Below, one piece after another: positions 63,601 through 64,000 of a stretch of 64,000 bases of DNA. Numbering within the stretch: the first letter of the stretch is position 1; each line of letters begins with the position of its first letter. Below the pieces are notes generated by a model, which saw only the letters and a program-made list of their open reading frames with translations, was not told where the DNA came from and ran no database searches. The translations under genes and the position numbers were made by a program. Source of the stretch: Heptranchias perlo (taxonomy: Eukaryota); NCBI RefSeq assembly GCF_035084215.1, contig NC_090340.1, positions 3,038,001-3,102,000 of the forward strand, read 5' to 3'.

Positions 63601-64000
63601 GGCAAGTGTATCCTTCTTTAGATAAGGAGATCAAAACTGAACGCAGTGCTCCACGTGAAGTCTCACTAAAGCCATGTATAACTGTAATACGATTTCCTTA
63701 CTCTTGCACTGCATAACCCTTGCAATAAAGGCCAACATGTTATTTGCTTTCCTAACTGGCTGCTGTACCTGCATACTAAGTTTTTGTGTTTCTTGTACGA
63801 GGACATCGACGTCTCTCTGAATACTAATATTGAATAGTTTCTCATCATTTAAACAATTTTTGAATTCTTCCTACCAAAGTGAATAATTTCACATTTCACA
63901 TTATATTCCATCTGCTACCTTCTTGCCCACTCACTTAACATGTCTATATCCCTTTGCAGACTACCTGTGTCCTCCTGACAGCTTGCTTTGCCACTAAGCT
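60668..64000 (-). mobile_element. Older CR1 3' part, interrupted at ~61128-63590 by a younger CR1
   Basis: (AAGAACAT)n tail at 60668. The sequence stops at GTGAACCTT (~61127) and resumes colinearly at ~63597 (CCAAGGCAAGT...) to the window end. Confidence 0.85.
61129..63590 (+). mobile_element. CR1 LINE, 5'-truncated, nested
   Basis: ORFs 61222..62814 and 62887..63474 (EN end, RT, C-terminus); (TTCTTATG)n tail. Closely related to the 4827 and 10256 copies. Confidence 0.96.

Overview
Vertebrate genomic DNA, most likely a cartilaginous fish (inferred from the CR1/L2/DeuSINE-type repeats). More than half of the window is retroelement-derived: CR1-clade LINEs of several ages, L2 remnants, SINEs, a solo LTR and Penelope-like remnants. 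Two tandem + strand Ig-superfamily genes are spread across the unique DNA. Each has a germline-joined V(J) exon, a C1 exon and a TM exon, i.e. a non-rearranging antigen-receptor-like layout. Gene A (~9.3-22.2 kb) is clearly a pseudogene. Gene B (~40.8-60.6 kb) is nearly intact, but its first V cysteine is Gly and its C1 exon has a 1-nt frameshift. The most unusual object is a 3.3-kb single-ORF EN-RT retrotransposon at 27142-30478. It starts exactly with a tRNA-derived Pol III promoter (A/B boxes), and I found no TTTT Pol III terminator on its sense strand. A SINE at ~44.5-44.9 kb consists of its two ends joined together. It is therefore a candidate Pol III-transcribed, protein-coding LINE with a deletion-derived SINE partner. 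All calls were read by eye; repeat boundaries are approximate.
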